A stretch of 55,646 nucleotides of DNA from positions 1 through 55,646 of the forward strand of contig JBDSYU010000101.1 of NCBI GenBank assembly GCA_039925525.1, written 5' to 3'. The notes under the pieces are model-generated. The model saw only the letters and a list, made by a program, of their open reading frames with translations. It did no database searches and was not told the origin of the DNA. Source of the stretch: Variovorax sp. (GTDB lineage: Bacteria; Pseudomonadota; Gammaproteobacteria; Burkholderiales; Burkholderiaceae_C). Position 1 is the first letter of the stretch. Every line of letters starts with the position of its first letter. Both the position numbers and the translations under genes were made by a program. Below, one piece after another: positions 21,749 through 32,333 of the stretch.

Positions 21749-21872
21749 TGAACTACGCTCCGCGCGACGCGCTTCGAGATGAGCGCTTGGGAGCGGCCCG
21801 GCGCGCTCACTGAACTACCCTCCGCGCTGCGCGCTTCGAGATGAGCGCTTGGGAGCGGCCCGGCGCGCTCAT
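21745..21872 (-). repeat. Two tandem 62-bp units, each a 21-codon mini-ORF with overlapping stop/start
   Basis: Minus strand ATGAGCGCGCCGGGCCGCTCCCAAGCGCTCATCTCGAAGCGCGCAGCGCGGAGGGTAGTTCA followed by a near-identical GTG-starting copy, then the bamB GTG. Confidence 0.9.
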
Positions 21873-22564
21873 GGGACAGCCTTCGCAGGGGTTCCTGCAG
21901 AGGCCAGAGAAACCGACAAGGTCGCCGGATCGACGCCGGCGGCGTTGAGCTTCATGCCGACGACGCGGCGGTACGGATCACTGGCCGGCAGGCCGAGCCA
22001 GGCTGTGCGGTACGCCGTCGCCGCTTTGTCGCGCTGCCCCTGCACGGCGTATATGTCCCCACGCCGGTCGGCAGCCAGCGCTTCGAACGAAGGCGGGATA
22101 CCGCTCGCCAGAACCTTCATCGCGTCGTCGTAAGCCTTGCTTTCCAGCAAGACGCCCGCCAAACGCAGGCGGGCCACCGCTTTGTAGCCCGGATCCATTG
22201 CGTGTTCGACCACCCACTCGAGTTCGCGCCGGGTGTCCTCGGGCTTGTTGTCTTGGTACTGCGCTTTGGCGGCGGCGAGCGCCCCCTGTTGCGCATACGC
22301 CGTGCCTGAAAATTTGGTTTGTAATCGCGACGCCGCTGCCTGCGCGCGGCCGATATCCTTGGCATTGGCGTTGCGTTGCAACTCATCGAACAGAACAGCT
22401 GCCTGCGACGATTGACTGCGCTTGTAGTAGTTGTAGCCGTTCCAGGCAATGTAGGCCCCGGCTACGAGGAGCACTGCCCAGGTGATGAGTGAACCGTAGA
22501 CGCTCCAAAAGTGCTTGAGCTGGTCGAGTTGTTCCTGATCTTCGAGGTCGAGGTGATTGGCCAT
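21869..22564 (-). CDS. yfgM: YfgM family TPR membrane protein
   Basis: ATG 22564 MANHLDLEDQEQLDQLKHFW, single TM, ARLRLA, DRRGDIY. Confidence 0.9.
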   Translation of the reverse strand: MANHLDLEDQEQLDQLKHFWSVYGSLITWAVLLVAGAYIAWNGYNYYKRSQSSQAAVLFDELQRNANAKDIGRAQAAASRLQTKFSGTAYAQQGALAAAKAQYQDNKPEDTRRELEWVVEHAMDPGYKAVARLRLAGVLLESKAYDDAMKVLASGIPPSFEALAADRRGDIYAVQGQRDKAATAYRTAWLGLPASDPYRRVVGMKLNAAGVDPATLSVSLASAGTPAKAVP

Positions 22565-22643
22565 GGGCGATCTCACGAAAAGATGGTTTTGCCACTGGGC
22601 TTGACTCTGGCGGGGGGAACGACGAAGTCATGTCCCGGAGGTC

Positions 22644-24029
22644 TCAGTGACCGCTTGCAGCGGCAGGGGTTGCGCTTGCTGCAGCGAAAGCGCTGGATTG
22701 TAGGCTGGCCGCCCATGCAGCCACATCGCCCACAGGCCGTGCCACTTGAGCGGCATCTCGCACGTCGCCGGCTCCGGCGGCATCTCGCATATCACCGGCA
22801 GTGCCGCGCAATGGTTTGACGCCGACCATGCCCGAGGCCATTTCATCGGCGCCAAAGACCAGGGCGAAAGCGGCGCCACTGGCATCGGCCTTCCTGAATT
22901 GCGACTTGAAACTGCCAAGGCCCTGGGCAGTGGCGGCGTGCATCTGCACCTTCACACCGAGCGCGCGCAATTGCTGCAATGTGCGCAGCACCGTCGGCAT
23001 GGCCGTGGCATCCGCGACGATGGCATAGGCATCCGGTCGCCATGGGGATTCGAGCGCAGCGCCCTGGCCGAGCAGGTCGAGCACGCGTTCAACGCCGAGG
23101 GCCCAGCCGACGGCCGGCGTCGGCTTGCCGCCGATCTGTGCCATCAGGTCGTCATAGCGGCCACCAGCGCAGACTGTCCCCTGGGCGCCCAGACGGTCGG
23201 TGACAAATTCGAATACTGTGAGGTTGTAATAGTCCAGACCCCGCACCAGCCGCGGATTGATTCGATAGGCCAGGCCGCTGGCGTCGAGGATGGATTTGAC
23301 GCCCTCGAAATGTGCAAGCGAAGCTTCACCCAGAAAATCGACGAGCCGCGGCGCCGCCTCGATGATGGTCTGCAGCGCCGGGTTCTTGCTGTCGAGAATG
23401 CGCAGGGGGTTGCTGTGCAGACGCCGCACTGCGTCGTCATCGAGTGCCGCCGCATGCCGCTCAAGATAGGCAATCAATTCTGTGCGATGACGAGCCCGCT
23501 CGGGAGGCTGCCCCAGGCTGTTGAGTTCGAGCCGCACATCGGCCAAGCCAAGCGCCCGCCACAACGCGTCGGCCAACAGGATCAGTTCGGCGTCGACGTC
23601 GGGTCCGGCGAAGCCGAGCGCCTCGGCGCCGATCTGATGGAACTGCCGAAAGCGTCCGCGCTGCGGCCGCTCGCGCCGGAACATCGGTCCCATGTACCAC
23701 AGTCGCTTGCCGCCGTCGTACAGGGCGTTGTGCTCGATCATGGCGCGCACCACGCCGGCGGTGTTCTCGGGGCGCAAGGTCAGATGCTCGGCTTCGCCGT
23801 GCTTGTCAGCCCGGTCGCCAAAGGAATACATCTCCTTCTCGACGATGTCGGTGACCTCGCCGATGCCACGCACAAAGAGCTGCGTCTGTTCCAGGATCGG
23901 CGTGCGAATATTGCGGTACGCATAGCGTCCCATCAACTCGCGCACCGTCTGCTCCAGCCATTCCCAACGCGCCGATTCCGGCGGCAGGATGTCGTTCATG
24001 CCTTTGACGGCCGAGAGCTTGTCTGTCAT
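22644..24029 (-). CDS. hisS: Histidine--tRNA ligase
   Basis: [46 protein letters not shown]. Confidence 0.98.
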   Translation of the reverse strand: MTDKLSAVKGMNDILPPESARWEWLEQTVRELMGRYAYRNIRTPILEQTQLFVRGIGEVTDIVEKEMYSFGDRADKHGEAEHLTLRPENTAGVVRAMIEHNALYDGGKRLWYMGPMFRRERPQRGRFRQFHQIGAEALGFAGPDVDAELILLADALWRALGLADVRLELNSLGQPPERARHRTELIAYLERHAAALDDDAVRRLHSNPLRILDSKNPALQTIIEAAPRLVDFLGEASLAHFEGVKSILDASGLAYRINPRLVRGLDYYNLTVFEFVTDRLGAQGTVCAGGRYDDLMAQIGGKPTPAVGWALGVERVLDLLGQGAALESPWRPDAYAIVADATAMPTVLRTLQQLRALGVKVQMHAATAQGLGSFKSQFRKADASGAAFALVFGADEMASGMVGVKPLRGTAGDMRDAAGAGDVRDAAQVARPVGDVAAWAASLQSSAFAAASATPAAASGH

Positions 24030-24053
24030 GGTTAGAGGATCGTCGCGAATACG

Positions 24054-24214
24054 GATTGCCGGACGCGAAGGACGCGAGATGACGCGAAAAGCGCGCGAGA
24101 GGCGGAAGTCGTTGGTGCGCGGGAGAAGTGGAAGGGGCGCAGATCAAATCATGAAATATTTGGCCTCGGTACGCGTCCCTCGCGAACCCTTCGCGCCCTT
24201 CGCGTCCGGCAGTC
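24054..24214. repeat. Palindromic element with periodic arms, copy B
   Basis: GATTGCCGGACGCGAAGGACGCGA... and ...TCGCGCCCTTCGCGTCCGGCAGTC, inverted arms of about 40 nt. Confidence 0.8.
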
Positions 24215-24225
24215 GGCCTTGAAAT

Positions 24226-25509
24226 TCAGGCTTGTCCGAAGCGTTTTTCGATGTAGTTCTCGACCAGCTGGTGGAATTCGGCAGCGATGTTGGCGCCGCG
24301 CAAGGTCAAGGCTTTCTGTCCGTCGATGAACACCGGGGCGGCTGGCGACTCGCCGGTGCCGGGCAGGCTGATGCCGATGTCGGCCTGCTTGCTCTCGCCG
24401 GGGCCGTTGACGATACAGCCCATGACGGCCACTCTCAGAGCTTCGACGCCCGGATATTTCGAGCGCCATACCGGCATCTGCAAACGCAGAAAATCATCGA
24501 TCTGCTTGGCCAGTGTCTGGAACGTGTTGCTGGTGGTGCGTCCGCAGCCAGGACAGGCGGTGACGCTCGGCACGAACATCCGCAGGCCGAGCGACTGCAG
24601 GATTTCCGCGGCGATGATCACTTCCTGCGTGCGCGCTTCGCCCGGCTGCGGCGTCAGCGACACGCGGATGGTGTCGCCGATGCCTTCCTGCAGCAGGATG
24701 GCCAATGCCGCCGTCGATGCCACCGTGCCTTTGACGCCCATCCCCGCTTCCGTCAGGCCGAGGTGCAAGGCATAGTCGCAGCGCCTTGCCAGTTCGCGAT
24801 AGACCGAAATCAGATCCTGGACGCCGCTGACTTTGCACGACAGCAGGATCTGGTCGCCGTTCATCCCCATCGCTTCTGCCAGGCGCGCCGAATCGATGGC
24901 CGAAGCCACCAAGGCCTCGTACATCACCGACCGGGCTTCCCACGGCTCGGCGCGTCGGCTGTTGACGTCCATCAGATCGGCCAGCAGGGCCTGGTCGAGG
25001 CTGCCCCAGTTGACGCCGATGCGCACCGGCTTGTTCCAGCGCATCGCCGCTTCGATCATCTGGCCGAACTGTTTGTCTTTTTTGTCGCCCTTGCCAACGT
25101 TGCCCGGATTGATGCGGTACTTGGAAAGCGCCTCGGCGCAGGCCGGAAAGTCGGTAAGCAGGCGATGGCCGTTGTAGTGAAAATCGCCGACCAGCGGCAC
25201 GTCGATGCCCATGCGGTCGAGCTGCTCACGAATGTGCGGCACCTGCGCTGCCGCTTCAGGCGTGTTGACGGTAATACGCACCAGCTCGGAGCCGGCGATC
25301 GCGAGTTCCTTGACCTGGATGGCGGTGCCGATGGCGTCCACGGTGTCGGTGTTGGTCATCGACTGGACACGCACTGGCGCGTCGCCACCGATCGTCACGC
25401 GGCGCTCGCCCCAGGCGACGACGGCCTGTCGCGAGCGACGCGCCTTGGGCGCCGCCGCCTCGATCGGCAGTCCGGCGCGCGCGCCGATCAGCTCAGACAG
25501 ATCGCTCAC
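24226..25509 (-). CDS. ispG: (E)-4-hydroxy-3-methylbut-2-enyl-diphosphate synthase
   Basis: [47 protein letters not shown]. Confidence 0.98.
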   Translation of the reverse strand: MSDLSELIGARAGLPIEAAAPKARRSRQAVVAWGERRVTIGGDAPVRVQSMTNTDTVDAIGTAIQVKELAIAGSELVRITVNTPEAAAQVPHIREQLDRMGIDVPLVGDFHYNGHRLLTDFPACAEALSKYRINPGNVGKGDKKDKQFGQMIEAAMRWNKPVRIGVNWGSLDQALLADLMDVNSRRAEPWEARSVMYEALVASAIDSARLAEAMGMNGDQILLSCKVSGVQDLISVYRELARRCDYALHLGLTEAGMGVKGTVASTAALAILLQEGIGDTIRVSLTPQPGEARTQEVIIAAEILQSLGLRMFVPSVTACPGCGRTTSNTFQTLAKQIDDFLRLQMPVWRSKYPGVEALRVAVMGCIVNGPGESKQADIGISLPGTGESPAAPVFIDGQKALTLRGANIAAEFHQLVENYIEKRFGQA

Positions 25510-25567
25510 GCAGCGTCCAACGCATTTGAATCGGCCTCACTCCGCATTGCCGCACCGGTCATGACGC

Positions 25568-26629
25568 TCAAGGCTTGACCTCGAAGCGCGCCGCGCCACC
25601 ACCCTTGGTGAACGGCTTCAGATCGAAGGACTCGCCCTTGACCTTGACATCGACACTCTCGGCCCGCCCGACCACCACGGACAGCGGCAGGCTGCCGGAC
25701 ACATTCACGGTTTCCCCTGCCTTGACGATGCGCTTGAGCAGCACCGTGCCTTGCGCATCGTTGACGCTGATCCAGGATTCGGCGCGGGTGATGAACTCGA
25801 CCGGACTGGTCCCCGCCGGCAGTGCCCCCGACGCAGTCGCCACTGGCAAGCTCGGCGCTGACGGCCTCGCGCCTGGCGTCGCAGCGCCCGCGGTGGACGA
25901 CGCGGGCCCGGCAGTTGTTACCGGCGGCGTTGCCGCGCCGTCGACGCCGGCGCTGGGCGCGCCAGGCGCATTGGCACCATCGCCGGCTGCAGCGCCGCCG
26001 TTCCCGTTGCCTCTGCCGGCGCTACCGGCATCGGCGCTGCCAGTTGCGCCGCCACTGGCGACACCGCCCGAGGCCGGCTCGGAGACACCACCCGCGGCGG
26101 GCGGCAGCACTGGCTCGGCTTCGGAGCCGCTGCTGCGAGTCAGGCGCGAAATCGAATCGCGGGCACTGTCCAGCCAGGCCTGCGGCAACAGGAACAGCAC
26201 ACCGGCCGCCGCCAGCAGCAGGGCCACCAGCCACCACAGCGCCCGCGACGGCGGCGCCGCGCCGCGCGCCCCCGGCGCAATGTCGGTACGAAAACCCGTG
26301 CTCATGGCGCGCTCGTTGGCAGGCAGGCCAGGTTGATCCCCTTTGGGCAGTCGCGCCAACACCGGCGCCGGGTCGATGCGCAGCGCCCGCGCCACACTTG
26401 CCGCCAATGCTCGTGCGAAAACCTGATCGGGCAGCAACTCGAGCGCATCGTCTTCCAGCGCCTGAAGCTTGCGCACCGGCACCTTCAGCGCCGCAGCCAC
26501 GGTCTCGATGTGCAGACCATGGCTTTCACGGGCTTGGCGCAGCATTGCGCCGCCGGTCAGTTGCTGCACGTGCTCAAGCGTTGGCGCCGGAGCGCCGGCA
26601 ACGTCGAACGTACCCGAACGCTCATTCAT
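25568..26629 (-). CDS. rodZ: RodZ-like HTH / DUF4115 cell-shape protein
   Basis: ATG 26629; N-terminal HTH (GAMLRQARE..LKVP..ALE), single TM, C-terminal SWISVNDA...ARF. Confidence 0.85.
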   Translation of the reverse strand: MNERSGTFDVAGAPAPTLEHVQQLTGGAMLRQARESHGLHIETVAAALKVPVRKLQALEDDALELLPDQVFARALAASVARALRIDPAPVLARLPKGDQPGLPANERAMSTGFRTDIAPGARGAAPPSRALWWLVALLLAAAGVLFLLPQAWLDSARDSISRLTRSSGSEAEPVLPPAAGGVSEPASGGVASGGATGSADAGSAGRGNGNGGAAAGDGANAPGAPSAGVDGAATPPVTTAGPASSTAGAATPGARPSAPSLPVATASGALPAGTSPVEFITRAESWISVNDAQGTVLLKRIVKAGETVNVSGSLPLSVVVGRAESVDVKVKGESFDLKPFTKGGGAARFEVKP

Positions 26630-27500
26630 TGAAGTTGCCGCGCCCATAGGCAAGCGCCTCCGCCGACTGCGGAAAGCGCCCTTGCAGGCGACTCGCCAAC
26701 CGCGCCAGTGCCTCGTTGTCCTTGAGCTGACGCTCGATCTTGATCCCGAGCCAAAGCGATTCGGCGTTGGCGACGGCGCTTTCATTGACACGTTTGATAT
26801 AGAACCGCGCACGCTGCGCCTCGTCGCGCTGGAACATCAGAAGCGCCAGGTTGTAGCCGACGATCGCATTGCCGGCGTCGATCTCGTAGGCTTTTTGCAG
26901 TGTGCGCTCGGCCTCCGCACGCTGTCCGGCCTTCAGTTCGCACAAACCCTTGGTCATCAGCGTCTTGCCGCTCTCGGTGTAGTTCGGCGCGGCCAGCGCC
27001 TGATCGAAGCGGCTGTCGGCATCCGCATAGCGCTGTCGCTGACACAACAGCCAACCATAGTTGTGCAGGGCGTCGCCGTCGCCAGGGTTGATGGCCACTG
27101 CGCGCCGGAAACTGTCTTCGGCAAGTCCCGCGTCGTCGAGCCGCATGTAGATGAGCCCGCGCAGGTTGTAGGCCTCCGAATACTGCGGATCGGTCGCCAG
27201 GGACTTCTTCACCTCGTCCAATGCAACGGTCGTCTGACCTTGCTGGAAATAGCCGATCGCCAGATCGAGCCGCATGCGCGCCCGCTTGCGTGCATCGCCT
27301 TCGTCCGACGAAGTCACCAGATCGCTGCCGTTGCCGGCAGTGCTTTTGGTCGACGGCGCCGGCTGCGTGGCGCAACCCGACATCAAAATCAAAGCAGCCG
27401 GAACCAGAGGGCCAAGGCCAAGCGCGAGCCACCGCGACCATAGGCGTTGTGGGTGTTGTAGCAGCGGGCCGCGGTTCGTCGGCGAGGTAAACGTCATCAT
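26622..27500 (-). CDS. pilW: Type IV pilus biogenesis/stability lipoprotein PilW (PilF)
   Basis: Lipobox LMSGC, RARMRLDLAIGY, TPRs HNYGWLLC, LWLGIKIE; lies between rlmN and rodZ. Confidence 0.9.
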   Translation of the reverse strand: MMTFTSPTNRGPLLQHPQRLWSRWLALGLGPLVPAALILMSGCATQPAPSTKSTAGNGSDLVTSSDEGDARKRARMRLDLAIGYFQQGQTTVALDEVKKSLATDPQYSEAYNLRGLIYMRLDDAGLAEDSFRRAVAINPGDGDALHNYGWLLCQRQRYADADSRFDQALAAPNYTESGKTLMTKGLCELKAGQRAEAERTLQKAYEIDAGNAIVGYNLALLMFQRDEAQRARFYIKRVNESAVANAESLWLGIKIERQLKDNEALARLASRLQGRFPQSAEALAYGRGNFNE

Positions 27501-27501
27501 C

Positions 27502-28650
27502 TCAATGCTCCACAGGCGCGGCCGGCGCCAAGCGCGAGGCCCGCCGCGCATGAAACTGGACTCGGCGCGCCGCCATGCGTTCGGGCGCGCGGGTGCGGTC
27601 GCGCACCTCGCCAGCCAGTTGACCACAGGCGGCTTCGATATCGGCGCCACGCGTCTTGCGCACCGTCGTGACGATGCCGCCGCCAGCAAGGATGCGCGCG
27701 AACGCAGCCACCGTCGCCGGGGACGAACGCACCAGCCCGGAGGCTGGGAAAGGATTGAACGGAATGAGATTGAATTTGCACGACAGCCCCGCCGTTCGAA
27801 TCAGCTCGATCAGCGCCTCGGCCTGCGCCGGCGCGTCATTGACGCCTTCGAGCATGCAGTACTCGAACGTGATGAAGTCGCGCGGCGCATGGACCAGGTA
27901 GCGCTTGCAGGCCGCCAAAAGTTCGTCAATCGGGTACTTGCGGTTGAGCGGCACCAGATCATCGCGCAGGGCATCGACAGGCGCATGGAGCGAAACCGCC
28001 AGCGCCACCGGGCAATCGAGGGCCAGCCGGTCGATCATCGGGACCACGCCGGAGGTCGACACGGTGACACGCCGCCGCGACAGGCCGTAGGCGTTATCGT
28101 CGAGGAAGACGCGCAGGGCCGGCAGCAATGCCGAATAGTTCTGCAGGGGCTCGCCCATGCCCATCATCACGACGTTGGAGATGACGCGGTCGCTGCGCTG
28201 CAGATGGCGGCGCAGGAAATGCTCTGCAAACCACAATTGGCCGACGATCTCAGCCGTTGTCAGATTGCGACTGAAGCCCTGATGACCGGTCGAGCAGAAA
28301 CGGCAGCCGACGGCGCAGCCCGCTTGCGACGAAACGCACAGGGTGCCGCGATCGGCTTCTGGAATGAACACCGCCTCGACGGCGTCACCGGCGCCGACGT
28401 CGAACAGCCATTTGATGGTGCCGTCAGTCGATTCATGCTGCGACAGCACAGCGAGCGCACGGACGCACGCTAGCTCGGGCAACTTATCGCGCAGTGATTT
28501 GGCCAAGTCCGACATCTGCGCGAAGTCAGCAACGCCGCGTTGATGAATCCAGCGAAACAGCTGGGTCGCCCGAAAGCGCTTCTCGCCGTGTTCCTCGCAC
28601 CACGCCGCCAGGCCATCGAGGTCGAAGTCGAGCAGGTTGACAGCAATCAT
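27502..28650 (-). CDS. rlmN: 23S rRNA (adenine-C2)-methyltransferase RlmN
   Basis: CAVGCRFC radical SAM motif, MGMGEP, AACGQL. Confidence 0.97.
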   Translation of the reverse strand: MIAVNLLDFDLDGLAAWCEEHGEKRFRATQLFRWIHQRGVADFAQMSDLAKSLRDKLPELACVRALAVLSQHESTDGTIKWLFDVGAGDAVEAVFIPEADRGTLCVSSQAGCAVGCRFCSTGHQGFSRNLTTAEIVGQLWFAEHFLRRHLQRSDRVISNVVMMGMGEPLQNYSALLPALRVFLDDNAYGLSRRRVTVSTSGVVPMIDRLALDCPVALAVSLHAPVDALRDDLVPLNRKYPIDELLAACKRYLVHAPRDFITFEYCMLEGVNDAPAQAEALIELIRTAGLSCKFNLIPFNPFPASGLVRSSPATVAAFARILAGGGIVTTVRKTRGADIEAACGQLAGEVRDRTRAPERMAARRVQFHARRASRLAPAAPVEH

Positions 28651-28673
28651 GGACAGGATCGTGCGCGGCGCCC

Positions 28674-29102
28674 TCAGAGCGCGGCGTAGACGTTGAGACC
28701 GGCGAAGAAGAAGGCAATTTCCTTGGCCGCAGTGTCCGCGGCGTCGGAGCCATGCACCGCGTTGGCATCGATGCTGTCAGCAAAGTCGGCGCGAATCGTG
28801 CCCTTGTCGGCCTTCTTGGGATCGGTGGCACCCATCAGTTCCCGGTTCTTGGCGACCGCATCCGCACCTTCTAGCACTTGGACAAACACCGGTCCGGAAA
28901 TCATGAAATCGACCAAGTCCTTGAAGAAGGGACGCTCCTTGTGCACAGCATAGAACTGCTCGGCTTCGGCCCGCGACAGCTGCACCAGCTTGGCGGCAAC
29001 GACCTTCAGCCGGGCCTCTTCGAAGCGCGAGATGATTTTGCCAATGACGTTTTTCGAAACGGCGTCGGGCTTGATGATGGAAAGGGTGCGTTCGAGAGCC
29101 AT
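28674..29102 (-). CDS. ndk: Nucleoside-diphosphate kinase
   Basis: ATG 29102 [22 protein letters not shown]. Confidence 0.98.
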   Translation of the reverse strand: MALERTLSIIKPDAVSKNVIGKIISRFEEARLKVVAAKLVQLSRAEAEQFYAVHKERPFFKDLVDFMISGPVFVQVLEGADAVAKNRELMGATDPKKADKGTIRADFADSIDANAVHGSDAADTAAKEIAFFFAGLNVYAAL

Positions 29103-29330
29103 TCTGAGAATTTCCTGCACGGAAAATTTTTTGGTCGAGGTAAAAGTAGCGAGCGGCGTGCAAATGCTTGGCTTGCCGCTTGCGGCTCAAGCGGAACCTG
29201 GGCCGCGCATCTGATCAAAGATTTTAACCTCGCACTCGGCTTGCGCCGGGCTGCGCCAGTGCGAAGCAGGGATGCTTCCGCACAAGCCGTCACAGCGCTT
29301 GCGACCTCGAGCTCGCGCGGTCTGCCGCGT

Positions 29331-29401
29331 TGCGCTTCTTGCCAATAGCGGCGGCAATTGGAGCGACGGCTATTCAAGCAACGGCTATTGGCGCAAGCGC
29401 A
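29331..29401. repeat. Hairpin containing 3 x 15-bp degenerate tandem repeat
   Basis: TGCGCTT..GCCAATAGC / GCTATTGGC..AAGCGCA inverted; CGGCWATT units at 29352, 29367, 29382. Confidence 0.55.
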
Positions 29402-29459
29402 CCTTGCATGCCATCCCGACCTGCGGCGCATGACCTTGCGCAGGTTATGCAGAACATTC

Positions 29460-31190
29460 TTAACGCCCTCGGTTGCGGCGTGGCCCATTGCCCGGCGCGG
29501 AGGAATCGCGATTCGGCCGCGGGCCCGGGCGACCCTCGTTGCGCTGACGCGAATAACTGTCGGCGCCGATATAGCCGAGCGAAGTTTTCATCGGATCGGG
29601 CTGGTTGGCTGGCGGCGGCCCATCGCGGCGCTCACCCCGATCACTCCGATCACCCCGGCCACCCCGGTCGTCTACCCGGCCGCGATTGCCCGCTTTCGGC
29701 TGAAAACCCGCTTCGCCGCCTCTTGGCGCATTCGGCGAGACGCGCCCGTCGGCACTGCCGCGACGGCCCGGCAGCGACGGCGCCGGCGCATCGCCGCCCC
29801 TGCCCGCAAACCGATCACCCTGCCGCCGATTTTTCCGGCCACCGCCAGCGTTGCCGCCCCCTTCGCCCCTCGAAGGGAAACGGTCTCGGGGCCGGCCCTC
29901 GCCAGTGAAGCGCGAGGGCGGCTCGCCGGCGCCGGCCACTCGCAGCAACTGGTGCAGGTCGTGGTCGTCCAGCTCCATCCAGGCGCCGCGCCGCAGCCCG
30001 CGCGGCAAGGCCACGGCGCCGTAACGGATACGGATCAGCCGGCTCACTGCATGACCGACCGCTTCAAACATGCGCCGGACTTCGCGGTTGCGGCCCTCAG
30101 TGATGGTCACGCGATACCAGCAGTTGGCGCCTTCACCGCCCCCCTCCTCGATGCTGCCGAAGCGAGCCTGCCCATCGTCCAGTCGCACACCCTCGAGCAA
30201 CCGGGTGCGCTCGTCCGCATTCAACGCGCCCAGCACCCGCACCGCATATTCGCGCTCGAGGCCGAACCGCGGATGCATCAGGCGATTGGCCAGCTCACCC
30301 GAGCTGGTGAACAGCAGCAGCCCTTCGGTGTTGAGATCGAGCCGGCCGACCGATTGCCATTTGCCCTGCTGCAGGCGCGGCAGTTTGCGAAAGACGGTCG
30401 GACGATTCTGCGGATCGTCATGCGTGACAACCTCCCCTGCCGGCTTGTGATAGGCAATGACCCGCGCCGGCGGCGGCGCAATGCGAAAACGTACGGGCTT
30501 GCCGTTGAACTTGACCGAGTCGCCCCATTGAATGCGCTGACCGATGTGCGCGGGTTCGTTGTTGACCGAGATACGGCCTTGCAAGATCAGTTGCTCCATT
30601 TCCATGCGCGATCCGAGGCCGGCCTGCGCGAGCACCTTGTGCAACTTGGGCGCATCGGCTTCGGGCAACAAAACCCGCTTGACAACCGGCACCGAGGTAT
30701 CGGTCTCGTCGGCGTCGAAGCGGCCCGACACCACATCGGCGAAAGCAATCGGTACCGCCGGTGGCGCCTGGCGTTGCTCGCGCAGCGCCTGGCGACGCGC
30801 CCGATCGAGATCGTCTTCCTCCTCGTCGGGCTCATCTTCCTCGTCGTCGTCCTTGTCGCCTTCCGCTTGCGCATCCTGGCCCGCAGCCGCGACGACTGTT
30901 ACGACGGCAACGATCGGCGGAACGCGCGAATCGCCATCTCGCGCTTCGCTCTGCGACAGTGACGTTTCGGGGGCGGCCTCGGCCGGCGCGCTTGCCGTAG
31001 TGCTCGGCGCAGCCGGATCGCCAGACGTTTCTGCAGGAGCTTCGATCGGGTCAGGCGCAGCGGCGCTCGCTTCCACTTCGCTTGCGCTCTTCGATCGCCG
31101 CGGCCGACGCCGGGACGCGGGTGCGGGGATCGCCGATGGCGCATGGTCCGGATCGACCGGCGGGATTTCGGGCACGTCGGAAGGCGTCAT
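29460..31190 (-). CDS. rluB: 23S rRNA pseudouridine synthase RluB
   Basis: KLHKVLAQAGLGSR S4 domain, VGRLDLNTEGLLL, EGRNREVRR; long disordered termini; start uncertain. Confidence 0.92.
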   Translation of the reverse strand: MTPSDVPEIPPVDPDHAPSAIPAPASRRRPRRSKSASEVEASAAAPDPIEAPAETSGDPAAPSTTASAPAEAAPETSLSQSEARDGDSRVPPIVAVVTVVAAAGQDAQAEGDKDDDEEDEPDEEEDDLDRARRQALREQRQAPPAVPIAFADVVSGRFDADETDTSVPVVKRVLLPEADAPKLHKVLAQAGLGSRMEMEQLILQGRISVNNEPAHIGQRIQWGDSVKFNGKPVRFRIAPPPARVIAYHKPAGEVVTHDDPQNRPTVFRKLPRLQQGKWQSVGRLDLNTEGLLLFTSSGELANRLMHPRFGLEREYAVRVLGALNADERTRLLEGVRLDDGQARFGSIEEGGGEGANCWYRVTITEGRNREVRRMFEAVGHAVSRLIRIRYGAVALPRGLRRGAWMELDDHDLHQLLRVAGAGEPPSRFTGEGRPRDRFPSRGEGGGNAGGGRKNRRQGDRFAGRGGDAPAPSLPGRRGSADGRVSPNAPRGGEAGFQPKAGNRGRVDDRGGRGDRSDRGERRDGPPPANQPDPMKTSLGYIGADSYSRQRNEGRPGPRPNRDSSAPGNGPRRNRGR

Positions 31191-31207
31191 TGACAGTCGC
31201 GCGGCGT

Positions 31208-31957
31208 TCAGACCGCGGTGGGGGAATAGGGATCGGCAGGCTTGGGCGTATCGGTCCAAGCAGATGCCGTGGCGACGTCACCCGCCGTGCTGGCCTGCGG
31301 CGCCGCTTCGTCCGATGTCTCGGCGTCGTCGGTGCCATCGGCCGCAGAGGCGACGGCAGGTATCACGTCGTCGCCGTCGATCGGCAACTCGCTCTGTCGC
31401 GTCACTGGGGCCTGGCTCAGGGCCTCAGCCAGGGCACCCGCCTGCGCAGGCATTTCGATCATCGGCAACTGATCGAGTGACGCGAGCGACAGGTCATCGA
31501 GAAACTGGCGTGTGGTGGCGTAAAGCGCTGGCCGGCCGACGCTTTCCTTGTGGCCGACCACCTCGATCCAGTTGCGATCTTCCAGCTGCTTCAATATCAG
31601 CGAGTTGATGGTAACGCCGCGAATGTCTTCCATGTCGCCCCGCGTCACCGGTTGCCGGTAGGCGATGATGGCCAGCGTTTCGAGCGCCGCGCGGCTGTAG
31701 CGCGGCGGCTTCTCCGGATGCAGCCGGTCGAGGTAATGGCGCAACGCCGGTCGACTCTGAAAACGCCAGCCACTGGCCACAGCCACCAGCTCCAGCCCGC
31801 GCTGCGCCCACTCCTGCTGCAACTCCAGCAGCAGCGATTTGATGGTGTCTGCGGCAAGCTCTTCATCGAACAACACTCGCAGGTCGCGCATGGGCAGTGG
31901 CTGCGTCGAACAGATCAATGCGGTTTCGAGAATGCGCCTGGCATCCACTGTGTTCAT
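31208..31957 (-). CDS. scpB: SMC-Scp complex subunit ScpB
   Basis: ATG 31957; ALETLAIIAYRQPVTRGDMEDIRGV, GRPALYATT. Confidence 0.95.
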   Translation of the reverse strand: MNTVDARRILETALICSTQPLPMRDLRVLFDEELAADTIKSLLLELQQEWAQRGLELVAVASGWRFQSRPALRHYLDRLHPEKPPRYSRAALETLAIIAYRQPVTRGDMEDIRGVTINSLILKQLEDRNWIEVVGHKESVGRPALYATTRQFLDDLSLASLDQLPMIEMPAQAGALAEALSQAPVTRQSELPIDGDDVIPAVASAADGTDDAETSDEAAPQASTAGDVATASAWTDTPKPADPYSPTAV

Positions 31958-32115
31958 GCTGTGCGGTATCCGATCAGAGGAAAAGAGCGCGTGAAACTCA
32001 CACCACAATCGATCCGGAAAAACGCGATCCGAGCCGACGTATGCGAAAAGCGGTGCGAATCGAGTCGCAGCGAAAACATCTTGACGCCGCCCTGGGGCCG
32101 TCTATAAAGCGAACG

Positions 32116-32225
32116 ACCGGATGCAGAAGATGCAGAGGTTCCGCAGAGAGCGCTGAAGTAATACCAAATACTTTTCGTGGATTTGTTCCGTCTTCTGCGA
32201 AACCTATGCGTGCTTTGCGTCCGGT
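32116..32225. repeat. Palindromic element with periodic arms, copy C
   Basis: ACCGGATGCAGAAGATGCAGAGGTTCCGCAGA ... TCTGCGAAACCTATGCGTGCTTTGCGTCCGGT around an AT-rich spacer. Confidence 0.8.
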
Positions 32226-32333
32226 GGTCATCTCTACCCGATCGCTGCCGAAGTCTCAATCGAGCGATGCGATGATTTTCGCCCGGCTTGACTGCCGCGC
32301 CTCGTTACCGGCAGCGCTCGGGCAGCGAGCGCT

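Noticed and set aside
21745-21872. CRISPR array at the 62-bp repeats
   Set aside because: Units are contiguous and near-identical with no unique spacers; no cas genes in the window
31208-31957. scpB without adjacent scpA
   Set aside because: Split scpA/scpB with scpB-rluB linkage is, to my knowledge, ordinary in this group
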